Source: Squalus acanthias (Eukaryota). Taken from it: DNA of 64,000 bases. Position numbers and translations under genes: made by a program. Location of the stretch: positions 67,334,001 to 67,398,000 of the forward strand of contig CM059438.1 in the NCBI GenBank assembly GCA_030390025.1, given 5' to 3'. The notes beneath the pieces were generated by a model. That model was not told the origin of the DNA and did not search any database. It saw nothing but the letters and a program-made list of their open reading frames with translations. Below, piece by piece: positions 63,432-64,000 of the stretch (position 1 is its first letter; every line of letters starts with the position of its first letter).

Positions 63432-64000
63432 CTTGCTATCAAGCAGCAATCAGGAGTGTGGAAGTAGAAGTGAGAGCAAATGTGGACATGGCCTCCTTAA
63501 ATACAACAGCAGCAAACGCGTCATCAGAGGAGCTGAACAGACCCACACCTAGTGATTGGGCTGGGCAACGGGCTTAACAAGCCAAATAATCGCAAAATTG
63601 AATCAGTAGAGCGGCTGCAGCCGGGAGCGGGACCGGAACCCGTCAACTACCTCTCCCGACGCTAACCCACCTCAGCTGGGAAAATCCAGCCCCCTGTATT
63701 TATGGCCCCTAGTTTTGGATTCTCCCACAAGTGGAAACATTCTCTCCACATCTACCCTGTCCAACTCATTCATAATTTTAAAGACCTCTATCACGTCACC
63801 TCTCAATCTCTTTTCTAAAGAAAAAAGCCCCAACCTGCTCAATATTCCCGATAGCTGTAATCTCTCAGTTCTGGTACCATCTTTGTAAATCTATTTTGCA
63901 CTTTCTCCAGTGCTTCTGTGTCCTTTTTATAGCATGGAGACCAGAACTGTGCACCGTACTCTAAGTGCGGCCTGACCAGGGTCCTATACAAGTTTAACAT

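Larger units (their letters stand above)
59492..63692. mobile_element. PIF/Harbinger DNA transposon, copy 2
   Basis: TIRs ggccgcgatttt / aaaatccagccc; TSD CTT/CCT; transposase and convergent Myb/SANT-like gene. Confidence 0.93.
59203..64000 (-). mobile_element. CR1 3' part interrupted by Harbinger copy 2 (CR1 at 59203-59491 and 63696-64000)
   Basis: ggatttattagtaactacctt|gtatttatggcccctagtt is continuous CR1 reverse complement. Confidence 0.85.

Overview
Repeat-dense vertebrate genomic DNA, very probably from a cartilaginous fish (shark), judged from SacSINE1/DeuSINE-type SINEs, CR1 LINEs with (ATTCTATG)n or (TTCTTATG)n tails, L2 LINEs and Penelope-type terminal repeats. I could not confidently identify any host protein-coding exon, so the window looks intronic or intergenic. 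Main content: (1) two diverged ~4.2-4.5 kb PIF/Harbinger transposons in opposite orientation (16975-21457 and 59492-63692). Each has a HARBI1-like DDE transposase and a convergent three-exon Myb/SANT-like gene; only the 60031-61278 transposase ORF is intact. (2) About ten non-autonomous elements with related GG(G/C)...ATTTT terminal inverted repeats (TIRs); several have 3-bp target-site duplications (TSDs), and the best-defined target sites share a palindromic AAA-NN-C-[3 bp]-G-NN-TTT-like context. (3) A near full-length CR1 LINE (ORF1 zinc finger plus esterase, ORF2 endonuclease-RT). (4) A 1.46 kb solo retroviral-type LTR with a 4-bp TSD. (5) Penelope-like terminal repeats carrying minimal hammerhead ribozyme motifs. 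(6) Two SINE/LINE pairs that share 3' tails. (7) A purine-rich minisatellite block. Family names come from recalled motif similarity, not database searches, and the boundaries of old repeats are approximate.
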